Assembly (NCBI GenBank): GCA_963696665.1
Contig: CAVOLE010000038.1
Coordinates: 3,940-67,939, forward strand
Source of the DNA: an uncultured Alphaproteobacteria bacterium
GTDB lineage: Bacteria > Pseudomonadota > Alphaproteobacteria > Rhizobiales > Beijerinckiaceae
Direction of reading: 5' to 3'
DNA length: 64,000 nucleotides
A program made the translations under genes and the position numbers. A model generated the notes under the pieces. The model ran no database searches and had not been told where the DNA came from. It was given only the letters and a program-made list of their open reading frames with translations. Shown here piece after piece: positions 49,227 to 58,309 of this stretch (the stretch's first letter is position 1; every line of letters starts with the position of its first letter).

Positions 49227-50369
49227 ATGAGGCTTAACCGACGGTCCGTAAATCTAGGGCTCGCAGCCACTGTCGCGGCGCCCTCGTTCTCCCGCGTTGC
49301 ACGAGCGGCCGACACCCTCAAGATTGGCATGGTCCTTCCGCTCACCGGTCCGGCAGCCGCCGTCGGCGGGTACGCGCTCGCCGGCGCCAAGATCGCGCTC
49401 GATCGCGTCAACAAATCTGGCGGCGCTCTGGGAAAGCAGCTCGAACTCGTCACCGAGGACGATCAGACGACCAATCCGGGCGCCGTGCTCGCCTTTTCAA
49501 AGCTCGCGGCGCAGCCGGACATCATCGCCTTCCTCGGCCCGGTGCGTTCGACGCAAAATCACGCAATCGCCAACGACGTCCTCAAGACCGCCAAGCCGTT
49601 CTGCTTTGGCGGCACCGACCCCAAGCTGACGAAGATGGGCAATCCCTGGTTCATCCGCTTCCGGCCGAACGACACCTATTCCGCCCGCGTGATCGCCTCC
49701 TACGGGATCGAGACCCTCGGCAAGAAGAACTGGGCGCTCGTCCATTCCACTGACGCCTTCGGCACGAGCGCCAACGATCTGCTGGCCGCCGCAATCGTTA
49801 AGCTCGGCGCCAAGGTCGCCATCGATCAGGGCTATCCCAACCAGAGCCAGGATTTCACCCCGGTCGTGCTCGCCATCAAGTCCTCGGGCGCCGATGTCCT
49901 CGGCTCCTATTTCACTTACGAAAACGATCAGGCGATTTTTGCTCGCCAGGCGCGACAACTGGGCGTGACGATCCCTTGGGTCGGATCGCCCACCACCGTC
50001 GCCGCCGCCACATTGAAGCTCGCCGGCCCTGCGATGTGGGGGACCTACGCCATCGCCGATTACGCCACCGACTCGTCTCCCGAGGCGAAGGAGTTCGCCA
50101 AGCTCTATAGCGCCGTGTCGAAGGCGCAGCCCGATCTTCAAAGCGCCTGGCCCTATGACGCGATCAGCGTTTTATCCATCGGCATCACCAAGGCGGGTTC
50201 GACCGATCCAGGAAAGATTCGCGACGCGATGCTATCCATAAAGGGCTACAAGGGCGCGGAGGGCGAGTACAACTTTGACCAGTTCGGCGACGGCCTGCAC
50301 GGATACAACATCGTGCGAAACGAGAAGGGGACGATCGTCTTCGACAAGCACATAGAATTCACGGACTGA
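49227..50369 (+). CDS. Branched-chain amino acid (HAAT) ABC substrate-binding protein
   Basis: Tat-like NRRSV leader, LKIGMVLPLTG, EDDQT, YKGAEGEYNFD. Confidence 0.92.
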   Translation: MRLNRRSVNLGLAATVAAPSFSRVARAADTLKIGMVLPLTGPAAAVGGYALAGAKIALDRVNKSGGALGKQLELVTEDDQTTNPGAVLAFSKLAAQPDIIAFLGPVRSTQNHAIANDVLKTAKPFCFGGTDPKLTKMGNPWFIRFRPNDTYSARVIASYGIETLGKKNWALVHSTDAFGTSANDLLAAAIVKLGAKVAIDQGYPNQSQDFTPVVLAIKSSGADVLGSYFTYENDQAIFARQARQLGVTIPWVGSPTTVAAATLKLAGPAMWGTYAIADYATDSSPEAKEFAKLYSAVSKAQPDLQSAWPYDAISVLSIGITKAGSTDPGKIRDAMLSIKGYKGAEGEYNFDQFGDGLHGYNIVRNEKGTIVFDKHIEFTD

Positions 50370-50440
50370 CCGGCGCCCTTCCGCAGCGCGCCCGCCGCCA
50401 GCTCCTGCAGGCCAATTCCCTCAAGGCGCCGACGAGGTCC

Positions 50441-51316
50441 ATGGGTTTCTTTCTGCAATTGCTTTTCACAGGGCTTGGCATTGGCGCCGTCTACGCCCTC
50501 GTCGCCTTGGGCTTCGTCCTGATCTTTCGCGCGACCAGCGTCGTCAATTTCGCGCAAGGCGAGTTCTCGATGGTCGCGGCCTACCTGATGGTCGTCTTCG
50601 CGGTCGATCTGGGCTGGCCCTACTGGATTTCGTTTCTGATTGCGATTGCAGGGATGGCGCTCATCGGCGCGATCTTCAATCTGACCGTCTATTATCCGCT
50701 GCGCAATCGCAGCTTTCTGCCAGTGCTGATCTCGACGATCGGGGCCTCGATCTTCCTCGGCAACAGTGTTCTCGCGCTCTATGGCCCCCAGCCGCAAGTG
50801 CTGCCCGGCTGGCTCGATACGCCCGGTTTTCAGCTCGGCCCCGTCTATCTCGACAGCCAATATCTCATCATCATCGGCGTCACGCTTGCACTGGTCGCGT
50901 TCCAATATTGGCTGTTCGAGCGCACCCTACTCGGCAAGAAGCTCCAGGCGACCAGCCAGGACAAGGAGATGGCGACCCTGCTCGGCATTCCCGTCGCAGG
51001 CATGATCATGATCACCTTTGTCTACAGCGCGGTGCTCGGGGGGATCGCAGGCATTCTGGTGGCGCCGGTGCTCTTCGTATCGATCCAGATGGGGTCGACG
51101 ATTGCGCTCAAGGCCTTCGCTGCGACGATCATCGGCGGCTTTGGCGATGTCGCGGGAGCGATCCTCGGCGGCTTCGCGATCGGGATCATCGAGACCTTTG
51201 GCGCCGCCTATATCTCCGTGCCGTTCAAGGACGCCTTCGCCTTCCTGGTGCTGATCCTCTTCCTCATCGTTCGACCGCAAGGCATCTTCGGCGAGCGGGT
51301 GGCGGAAAAGGCTTGA
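50441..51316 (+). CDS. livH: HAAT ABC permease, LivH-like
   Basis: YALVALGFVLIF..VNFAQGE, LKAFAATIIGGFG, RPQGIFG. Confidence 0.93.
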   Translation: MGFFLQLLFTGLGIGAVYALVALGFVLIFRATSVVNFAQGEFSMVAAYLMVVFAVDLGWPYWISFLIAIAGMALIGAIFNLTVYYPLRNRSFLPVLISTIGASIFLGNSVLALYGPQPQVLPGWLDTPGFQLGPVYLDSQYLIIIGVTLALVAFQYWLFERTLLGKKLQATSQDKEMATLLGIPVAGMIMITFVYSAVLGGIAGILVAPVLFVSIQMGSTIALKAFAATIIGGFGDVAGAILGGFAIGIIETFGAAYISVPFKDAFAFLVLILFLIVRPQGIFGERVAEKA

Positions 51317-51317
51317 G

Positions 51318-53045
51318 ATGAGCCGCTCCGCGACCGGACAGCTCCTCTACGCGCTCGCCGCGGCCGTCCTGGTGGCGCTCGCCGCAACCGTCAAGACCGA
51401 CGGCTATGTCTCCAACATTCTGATGCAAGCGGCGACATACGCGATCGCAGTTTTCGGCTTGTCGATCGTGCTCGGACTTTGTGGCCAGATCAACCTCGCG
51501 CAGGCGGCGTTCTTCGCGCTCGGCGCTTACAGCGTCGCTCTCGGGACGGTCGACTATCATCTACCCTTTTGGCTCTGCCTCGTCGGAGGCATGGCGGTGG
51601 CTCTCGCGGCCGGCGCTGGGCTCGGCCTCACGACGCTGCGCCTGGGCGGTCACTATCTCGCGATGGTGACCATCTCGTTCCAGCAGATATTGACCGTCGT
51701 CCTCATCAACGCGATCCGCTTCACGCATGGGCCGGATGGAGTGAGCTCAATTCCGCGCCCAGTGGGCTTCGCCTCGGGTCAAGCCTTTCTCGCCCTGGTT
51801 GTCGCCATTCTGGCGATCTCCGGCTATTGCGTCTGGCGTCTTGCCGACACACGCCTCGGGCGCGCGATGCGCGCCGTCCGCGACAACGAGCTGGCGGCGA
51901 GCGCCAACGGAATCGACGTCTACCGCACGAAACTAATCGCCTTCGCGCTCGCGGCTTTGCTGGCCGGGCTCGGCGGGGGCCTGTTCGCCAGCGGATTCGC
52001 CTATATCAGCCCCGATCAGTTCGCCTTCGCCGATTCGATCGTGCTCTTGACGATGGCGTTGCTTGGCGGCGCCGCCTCGCCAATTGGCTCGGCGATTGGC
52101 ACCGGTCTGCTTATCCTCATTCCGGAATGGCTACGCGTCCTCAAGAGCGTGCCGGGCCTTTACCTCGCCGTCTACGGCGCCGCCGTCATCTTGATCGTCC
52201 TCTTCATGCCCGACGGCATCTGGGGCTACATCAACAAGTTTTTCCGAACTGGCGAACCCGCGCCGTCGAAGTCCGCTAAACCGCTCATGTTGTGCCCGCT
52301 CGATTCCGGCGCGCCGATTGCGCTCGAGGTCAGAGGCCTGTGCAAGTATTTCGGTGGCCTCAAAGCCGTCGATGGAGTCGATCTTCAGGTGCGGCGCGGT
52401 GGAGTGCATGCGCTGATCGGCCCCAACGGCAGCGGCAAGACAACCATGCTCAATGTTGTCACCGGACTCTACCGCGCGACCGCCGGCGCGATCTCTGTCG
52501 ACGGCGTCGACGTGACGACGCTCCCTCCGCATAAACGCACGGTTGCCGGCCTCGCGCGCACGTTCCAAAACATTCGTCTGTTCCGGTCGATGACGGCGCT
52601 CGAAAATGTCGTCGTCGGCGCCGAGCGAACCGGCAATGCGCTCATCGAGGGTGGGCGCGACATGCTTTGGCTGCGCGCTCGCGCCGCGCTCGATTTTGTC
52701 GGGTTGGGGCATCGCGCCAACGAGGGAATTCCGAGCTTCAGCTATGGCCATCAACGCCTGATCGAGATTGCTCGCGCGCTGGCCGCCAATCCCACGGTGT
52801 TGTTGCTCGACGAACCGGCGGCTGGCCTCAACATGACCGAAAAGAAAGAGCTCCACGACCTGCTCGGCCGGATTGCCGCTCAAGGCCTCACGATTCTGCT
52901 TATCGATCACGACATGACGCTGATCGCTGGGGCCGCTCGGCACGTGACCGTACTCAATTTCGGCCGCCGGATCGCCGACGGCGAGACAGCCGACGTCTTG
53001 CGGCAGCCCGATGTGGCTGCAGCGTATCTTGGGGTCTCCGAATGA
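51318..53045 (+). CDS. Fused LivM permease and LivG ATPase
   Basis: GQINLAQAAFF and LGGHYLAMVT, then Walker A GPNGSGKT and LLLDEPAAGLN. Confidence 0.92.
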   Translation: MSRSATGQLLYALAAAVLVALAATVKTDGYVSNILMQAATYAIAVFGLSIVLGLCGQINLAQAAFFALGAYSVALGTVDYHLPFWLCLVGGMAVALAAGAGLGLTTLRLGGHYLAMVTISFQQILTVVLINAIRFTHGPDGVSSIPRPVGFASGQAFLALVVAILAISGYCVWRLADTRLGRAMRAVRDNELAASANGIDVYRTKLIAFALAALLAGLGGGLFASGFAYISPDQFAFADSIVLLTMALLGGAASPIGSAIGTGLLILIPEWLRVLKSVPGLYLAVYGAAVILIVLFMPDGIWGYINKFFRTGEPAPSKSAKPLMLCPLDSGAPIALEVRGLCKYFGGLKAVDGVDLQVRRGGVHALIGPNGSGKTTMLNVVTGLYRATAGAISVDGVDVTTLPPHKRTVAGLARTFQNIRLFRSMTALENVVVGAERTGNALIEGGRDMLWLRARAALDFVGLGHRANEGIPSFSYGHQRLIEIARALAANPTVLLLDEPAAGLNMTEKKELHDLLGRIAAQGLTILLIDHDMTLIAGAARHVTVLNFGRRIADGETADVLRQPDVAAAYLGVSE

Positions 53046-53776
53046 CGCTGCTTGAAGTCAAGGACCTCAGCGTCGCTTATGGCGAGATCGAGGCCGTGCG
53101 CGGCGTCTCGTTCACGATCGACGAGGGTTCAGTCGTCGCCCTGCTCGGCTCCAATGGCGCAGGCAAATCGACGACGCTGCGAGCGATCTCGGGCCTCGTT
53201 GCGCCGCGCGCCGGCTCGATCCTGTTTGAAGGCAAGCCGATCGCAGGCTTAAGCCCGCGTTCAATCGTCAAACTCGGCGTCGCGCACGTGCCCGAAGGGC
53301 GCCGCATCTTTCCAGGCCTGACGGTGCGTGAGAACATCATGCTCGGCGCCTCGAACGGGAACGCCTCCGCGGCGACCATTCGACGCGCGGCTGATGCAAT
53401 GTTCGATCTCTTTCCTGCGATCAAACCCTTCGCTGACGCCCTCGGCTGGACGCTTTCTGGAGGACAGCTGCAAATGGTCGCAGTCGCCCGCGGTCTGATG
53501 GCGAAGCCCCGGTTGCTGCTGCTCGACGAGCCCTCTCTGGGTCTCGCGCCCATCGTCATGCAGGCGGTGTTTCAAATCGTCTCTGAAATCCAGAGCCGGG
53601 GAACGACGGTCCTCTTGGTCGAGCAGAACGCGCATATGGCGCTCAAGGTCGCAAACTGGGGCTATGTGCTGGAGACGGGCAGGCTCGCGCTCGGCGGCGA
53701 ACCTGGAACGCTGTGGAGCGACAAACGTATCCGTGACGCCTACCTGGGCGGCGAACAGGCGACGGCCGCAAGATGA
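53042..53776 (+). CDS. livF: HAAT ABC ATPase, LivF-like
   Basis: GSNGAGKS, HVPEGRRIF, LSGGQLQM, LLLDEPSLGLAP. Confidence 0.94.
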   Translation: MTLLEVKDLSVAYGEIEAVRGVSFTIDEGSVVALLGSNGAGKSTTLRAISGLVAPRAGSILFEGKPIAGLSPRSIVKLGVAHVPEGRRIFPGLTVRENIMLGASNGNASAATIRRAADAMFDLFPAIKPFADALGWTLSGGQLQMVAVARGLMAKPRLLLLDEPSLGLAPIVMQAVFQIVSEIQSRGTTVLLVEQNAHMALKVANWGYVLETGRLALGGEPGTLWSDKRIRDAYLGGEQATAAR

Positions 53777-53905
53777 CAAGCAGCATCTCTTCCGAAGCGC
53801 CCACAACAGTGTTCGAGCCCGTGACCCGAGTGGTGCGAAAGCTTCCCCATCCACCCTTCTGGGACGCCGAGGAAAGCCAGATTTCCGCTTAGCCCTTGAT
53901 ATCGA

Positions 53906-53951
53906 TGGTGGGCGCACAAGGGCTCGAACCTTGGACCCGCTGATTAAGAGT
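53906..53951 (-). tRNA. 3' fragment (anticodon loop to CCA) of tRNA-Lys(CTT); not a full tRNA; probable att site
   Basis: Minus strand ACTCTTAATCAGCGGGTCCAAGG-TTCGAGC-CCTTG-TGCGCCC-A-CCA has the anticodon loop CTCTTAA, a complete T arm and a CCA end; no D arm or 5' acceptor strand upstream. Confidence 0.85.
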
Positions 53952-54016
53952 TCGAATTCGGCTCTCCTCCGCGGCTTCCAAACGCACGCTGGAGTACGAC
54001 GCCATTTGACGGCTTC

Positions 54017-55173
54017 TACCAAGAACTCTCTGATCACGACCTGTTTGCCCAATCGCGCAGGCCGATGGACATGATTTTCCGGGGCTGATCGACGAGCTTG
54101 TTCCAAGCGTCGCAGCAGTGGTCGACGATGTCATCGTAGGATTTGAAGATGCGGTTCGAGAGCCAATTGTCGCGCATGAACTGCCAGACGTTCTCCTGCG
54201 GGTTCAGTTCCGGGCATTTGGCCGGCAGGGGGATCAAGGTGATATTCGGCGGGATGATCAGGCCGCCGGAGAGATGCCATCCGGCCTGATCGACCAGAAT
54301 CGCGGCGTGCGCGCCCGGCGCGATCTGCGTTGCGATTTCGGCGAGATGGAGGTTCATCGCTTCGGTGTCGCATCTGGGCATGACGAGCGCCGCGCCCTTG
54401 CCGTCCGCGGGACAGATCGCCCCGAAGATATAGGCCGAGGCGGTTCTCTGGTCTTTCGGCGCGCTTGGGCGCGTGCCGCGCTTGGCCCAACGCCGGGTGA
54501 TCTTGTTCTTCTGGCCGACGCGCGCCTCGTCGGCGAACCAGATCTCTATGGCGTCGGGATCGACGTCTTTTTCGCGCCCGATTTGCGCCAGGCGCTCGGG
54601 GAGGCTTTTTTAAAATCCTCAATGGCGCTGGCGGCTTGAGCGTGATGACGGGGACGAGCCGAAAGCTTGCGATAGCCCATGGCGCGCAGTTCGCGGCTCA
54701 ACGTCTGCTTGGCGACGACGACACGGAATTCCTCCCAAATCCATTGGCAGAGATCGACGATCCGCCAGCGAACAACGCCGTGAATTGCTGGGATCGGACC
54801 GCTCTCGAGGATGGCGGCGAGCGCGGCTCGATGCGCATCGTTCAGCCGAGGCGCTTGTCCCGGCGGCTTTCGATCGATCAAGCCGTCCGGTCCGTGAGCG
54901 TTGAATTTGAGAACCCAATCGCGGACGATTTGCAGCGTCACCCCGCCGATCTTCGCAGCCTCGGTGCGCGCCGCCCCATCGTAGATCGCCGCCAACGCCA
55001 GCAAACGACGCGCCTGTGGACCGTCCTTCGATCGCTTTGCCGAGGCTCTCACCATCGCGGCGTCAAAATCGTTCCGAAGCGCTATCGGCATGGCGAACCT
55101 CGCTCGTTCGCCACTTTGAATCAGCTCCACAATGATTTGGGAAGCCGAGAGTCACGTCCCCCGGGACTTGGTA
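54017..55173 (-). mobile_element. IS630-family insertion sequence, apparently intact
   Basis: Inverted ends TACCAAG...CTTGGTA with flanking TA; two-ORF transposase inside. Confidence 0.88.
54034..55091 (-). CDS. IS630 transposase expressed by a -1 frameshift at TTTTAAAAAAG (54615-54605)
   Basis: HTH ORF ..AIEDFKK continues in the -1 frame as KSLPERL..WFADEARVG..LVDQAGWH..PELNPQENVW (DDE triad). Confidence 0.88.
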
Positions 55174-56261
55174 TTAATTGGTATTTGCGTGACTAGCGAC
55201 CCCAGGTGGCGGCGCCATTAGAGACGATGACCCTTTGGGGAGGAACGCCTCGGCGACCGCGATCATGTCGGGATATTCGCGCAGGTGAGTGATCCGGCCG
55301 CTCCTTTCCCTTCTCAAACAGATCGCGCCGCTTGCCGCTGATTTCCTGTGGAGCGACAGCACCACCGTATCCCTCGTATCCCTCCGCCGAAGGCCGCCTA
55401 GCGAAATTGGGGCGAGCGGCGATAGTGCGGTGATGTGGGTGTGATCCGGCGTGGAGAGATGACCCCTGAGGCGGGGGATCGGCGTCCAAGATTGACCCCC
55501 CGATTTTCGATTTGTTCGGTGCCTGCTTTGGCATGAAGCGGGCGGTGGGGGATGCTGGTTGTGGAGACGATCGGTCGAATACGGCGTGAGCACTTCATAC
55601 ACGGCAAGTCGATCAAGGAGATCGCACGCGAGCTAAGGCTGTCCCGCAACACGGTTCGCAAGGTCCTGCGCTCTGATGAGCTTTGATGAGCCGTCGTTTT
55701 CTTATGAGCGTCGGGTGCAGCCGCGTCCGAAACTTGGAAGATGGAAAGAGCAACTCGATCGACTGTTGGTGGCGAACGTCGAAGCGCCAGCGCGAGAGCG
55801 ACTGACCCTGATCCGGATTTTCGAGGAGTTACGGGCTCTAGGCTACGACGACGGCTACGACGCCATTCGCCGTTATGCGCGAAGCTGGGCGAAGTTGAAT
55901 GCAAGCGCGACGGCGGATGCCTTTGTGGCGCTGACGTTCGCGCCGGGCGAGGCCTATCAATTCGACTGGAGCCGCGAGATCGTTGTGATGGACGGGGTGA
56001 CGAGGGTCGTGAAGGTCGCGCACGTCCGGCTCCGCCACAGCCGGATGATGTTCGTGCGCGCCTACCCGCGCGAGACGCAGGAGATGGTGTTCGACGCCCA
56101 CGAGCGGGCGTTCGGGTTCTTCAAGGGGGCCTGTGCGCGCGGAATTTATGACAATATGAAAACGGTGGTGGAGACGATCTTCGTCGGCAAGGATCGCCAA
56201 TACGATCGCCGCTTCCTGCAGATGGGCTCGCATCATCTCGTCGAGCCGGTCGCTTGCACGC

Positions 56262-56300
56262 CGCAGTCAAGCTTGCGCAGACTGCGTAAACTTGTCTGCG
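56262..56300 (-). repeat. Family-D 39-bp palindromic element inserted in istA
   Basis: Reverse complement CGCAGACAAGTTTACGCAGTCTGCGCAAGCTTGACTGCG splits the ACTP|ASGWEKG motif. Confidence 0.85.
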
Positions 56301-57081
56301 TCGGGCTGGGAGAAGGGCCAAGTCGAGAACCAGGTCGGGCTCGTGCGTGAGCGCTTCTTCACGCCGCGGCTGCGGTTCAAGAGCTACGACGAGCTGAACG
56401 CCTGGCTCATGGACAAATGCATCGCCTGGGCCAAGGCGCACGGCCATCCCGAGCGGCCCGACCAGACGATTTGGGAGGTGTTCGAGGAAGAGCGGCCGAA
56501 GCTCATTGCCTATCGCGGCCGCTTCGACGGGTTCCATGCGCTGCCGGCCTCAGTGTCGAAGACGTGTCTTGTCCGGTTCGACAACAACAAATACTCGGCG
56601 AGCGCCAGCGCCGTTGGTCGGCCGGTCGATATCCACGCCTATGCCGATCGCATTGTGATCCGCCAGGACGGGCGGATTGTTGGCGAACATCCACGCCGCT
56701 ATGGGCGCGGCCAGACGGTCTACGATCCCTGGCATTACGTGCCGGTTCTGCTCGCAAGCCAGGCGCTCTGCGCAACGGCGCGCCGTTCAAGGACTGGGTG
56801 TTGCCGACGGCGCTGGAGCGGGTGAGGCGCAAGCTGACCGGGTCCAACGACGGCGACCGGCAGATGGTCAAAATCCTCGCAGCCGTGCTCACCGATGGCT
56901 TGCCCGCAGCGGAGGCGGCCTGCCTCCAGGCATTGTCCGAGGGCGTCCATTGGGCCGACGCCGTCATCAACATCCTCGCGCGTCAGCGCGATCCGGGGCC
57001 GGCGGCGACAATCATGACGCCCGAGGCTTTACAGCTGCTCCATGCGCCGGTCGCCAACTGCGCCCGCTACGATCAACTCAA

Positions 57082-57117
57082 AGGGCTTCGGAAGAACGCC
57101 CTCCTTGACGGGCTATG
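57082..57117 (+). repeat. Family-A repeat copy (degenerate) at the istA/istB junction
   Basis: AGGGCTTCGGAAGAACGCCCTCCTTGACGGGCTATG aligns with the 17396 copy with a few indels. Confidence 0.75.
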
Positions 57118-57246
57118 GGAGCCCATGAACCATGGAGCGAACCGAAGTCCTCGACATGATGAGCGGCCTCAAGCTCTATGGGATGAGGAGCGCCTGCGAC
57201 GAGACGCTCACCACCGCGCTCAAACGCAAGCACGAACCGCAGCGCT

Positions 57247-57312
57247 CGCAGACAAGTGTACGCAGTCTGCGCAAGCTTGCAAGTGTACGCAGTCTGCGCA
57301 AGCTTGACTGCG
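57247..57312 (+). repeat. Family-D element with an internal 27-bp tandem duplication, inserted in istB
   Basis: CGCAGA-[CAAGTGTACGCAGTCTGCGCAAGCTTG]x2-ACTGCG, 66 bp = 39 + 27. Confidence 0.85.
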
Positions 57313-57379
57313 CGGCGATCTCCAGAAGGCCGAGATCTCGGAGAAACAGGCGCGCTCGATCAAATATCAGCTCACCGTC

Positions 57380-57623
57380 CTTCGGGTCCTCGCTGTCAGA
57401 GCGCAGATACTTGCGCACCGTGTTCCTCGACAGCCCCGTGCGCCGCGATATCTCCCGGATCGAGAAATGATCTCGATAATGCCAGCGCCGGATGACGCTC
57501 GATAACTCCATGTCGATCACTCCGATGCCCCCTGCCTAGGTCAGCGGGGCGAGGTTCGAACATGGGTCAGTTCTCGGTGGAAAAACCGGTGCTGCCCGGG
57601 TCAGTTCTCAGTGGAAATCAACA
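57380..57623 (-). mobile_element. Left end and first ~46 codons of a second IS21-family element
   Basis: End TGTTGATTTCCACTGAGAACTGACCC with a second TTTCCACCGAGAACTGACCC box; MIDMELSSVIRRWHYRDHFSIREISRRTGLSRNTVRKYLRS. Confidence 0.85.
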
Positions 57624-57737
57624 CCTCCATGACCGAACACTCCTTCCAGGGCATCGACACCTCCCGCCAGGCATGCCTGGCGGGACGTGTCACCCATGTG
57701 TCCGGTACAAACTGTCACCCATGTCTCGCGCCGCTCA
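57624..57737 (-). mobile_element. Left end and first 10 codons of an IS481-family element, cut by the IS21
   Basis: Minus strand TGAGCGGCGCGAGACATGGGTGACAG..CATGGGTGACA..GGAGG..ATG at 57654 giving MPWKECSVME, a typical IS481-type transposase start. Confidence 0.7.
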
Positions 57738-57985
57738 GCACAAGATCAAGCGATTACGATCCCGTTGTCGCGTGTCCTCCGAAGCCAACGCGCGCCGGTG
57801 AGGGAAGCTGCGAACGGTCTCCGCGAGCGTCCATCTCGCCGAGAAGGGCTCAGGTTTCCTTCAAACGGACTTCGCCGACGAAACTGATCAACTCATGTGA
57901 ATGTGCCCGCCGCGGCTCGCCCTCAGCTCCGACAAACGGTCGATCTTTAGGCGTCGCCGCCGTTGGTCCCCGCTGATCCGCCGTA

Positions 57986-58033
57986 ACGACGGCAGCACAC
58001 GGGATTGTGACGACGGCAGCACACGGGATTGTG
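57986..58033. repeat. Perfect 24-bp tandem duplication
   Basis: ACGACGGCAGCACACGGGATTGTG repeated twice. Confidence 0.9.
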
Positions 58034-58309
58034 TAGTCAGTATCGCGCGCGAGGAAACAATGCGCCAGCCATGCTGCCGGATCGCCTTACTTTGCGCGGC
58101 GTTCATTCATATGGCTGCCTTGCCAGTCTTAGGCAGTGCAACATAAGCTGCGTCAACACGTCTCGGCGGCGCCCGCGCCGCGACGCCACAAGGGAGGAGC
58201 GCACTGCAACCGCGGATCGGAGGCTAGCGCGACGCCCGGGCAGCTGACCGGATCACGGACCACGCGTCGGCTCTAGGCCACGGTCCAACCGCTAGGAAAT
58301 TGGCCACGC

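Larger units (their letters stand above)
55440..57379 (+). mobile_element. Degraded IS21-family element (istA fragments from 55552, 5' part of istB from 57132)
   Basis: Left end TGTGATCC with repeated GGCGT..ATGACCCC boxes; MLVVETIGRIRREH, AYQFDWS, IYDNMKT, GWEKGQVEN, DPWHY; istB MERTEVLDMMSGLKLYGM. Multiple frameshifts and insertions. Confidence 0.88.

Noticed and set aside
51318-53045. LivM-LivG fusion as a novelty
   Set aside because: Permease-ATPase fusions are common in HAAT-family operons.
53906-53951. Functional tRNA-Lys gene
   Set aside because: The D arm and 5' acceptor strand are absent; similarity stops at the anticodon loop.
55174-55439. Gene between IS630 and IS21
   Set aside because: Open frames exist, but no start, RBS or motif could be recognised; probably remnant DNA.
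57247-57312. CRISPR-like direct repeats (27-bp unit x2; also the 24-bp unit at 57986)
   Set aside because: The units are directly adjacent with no spacers, there are only two copies, and no cas genes are present.
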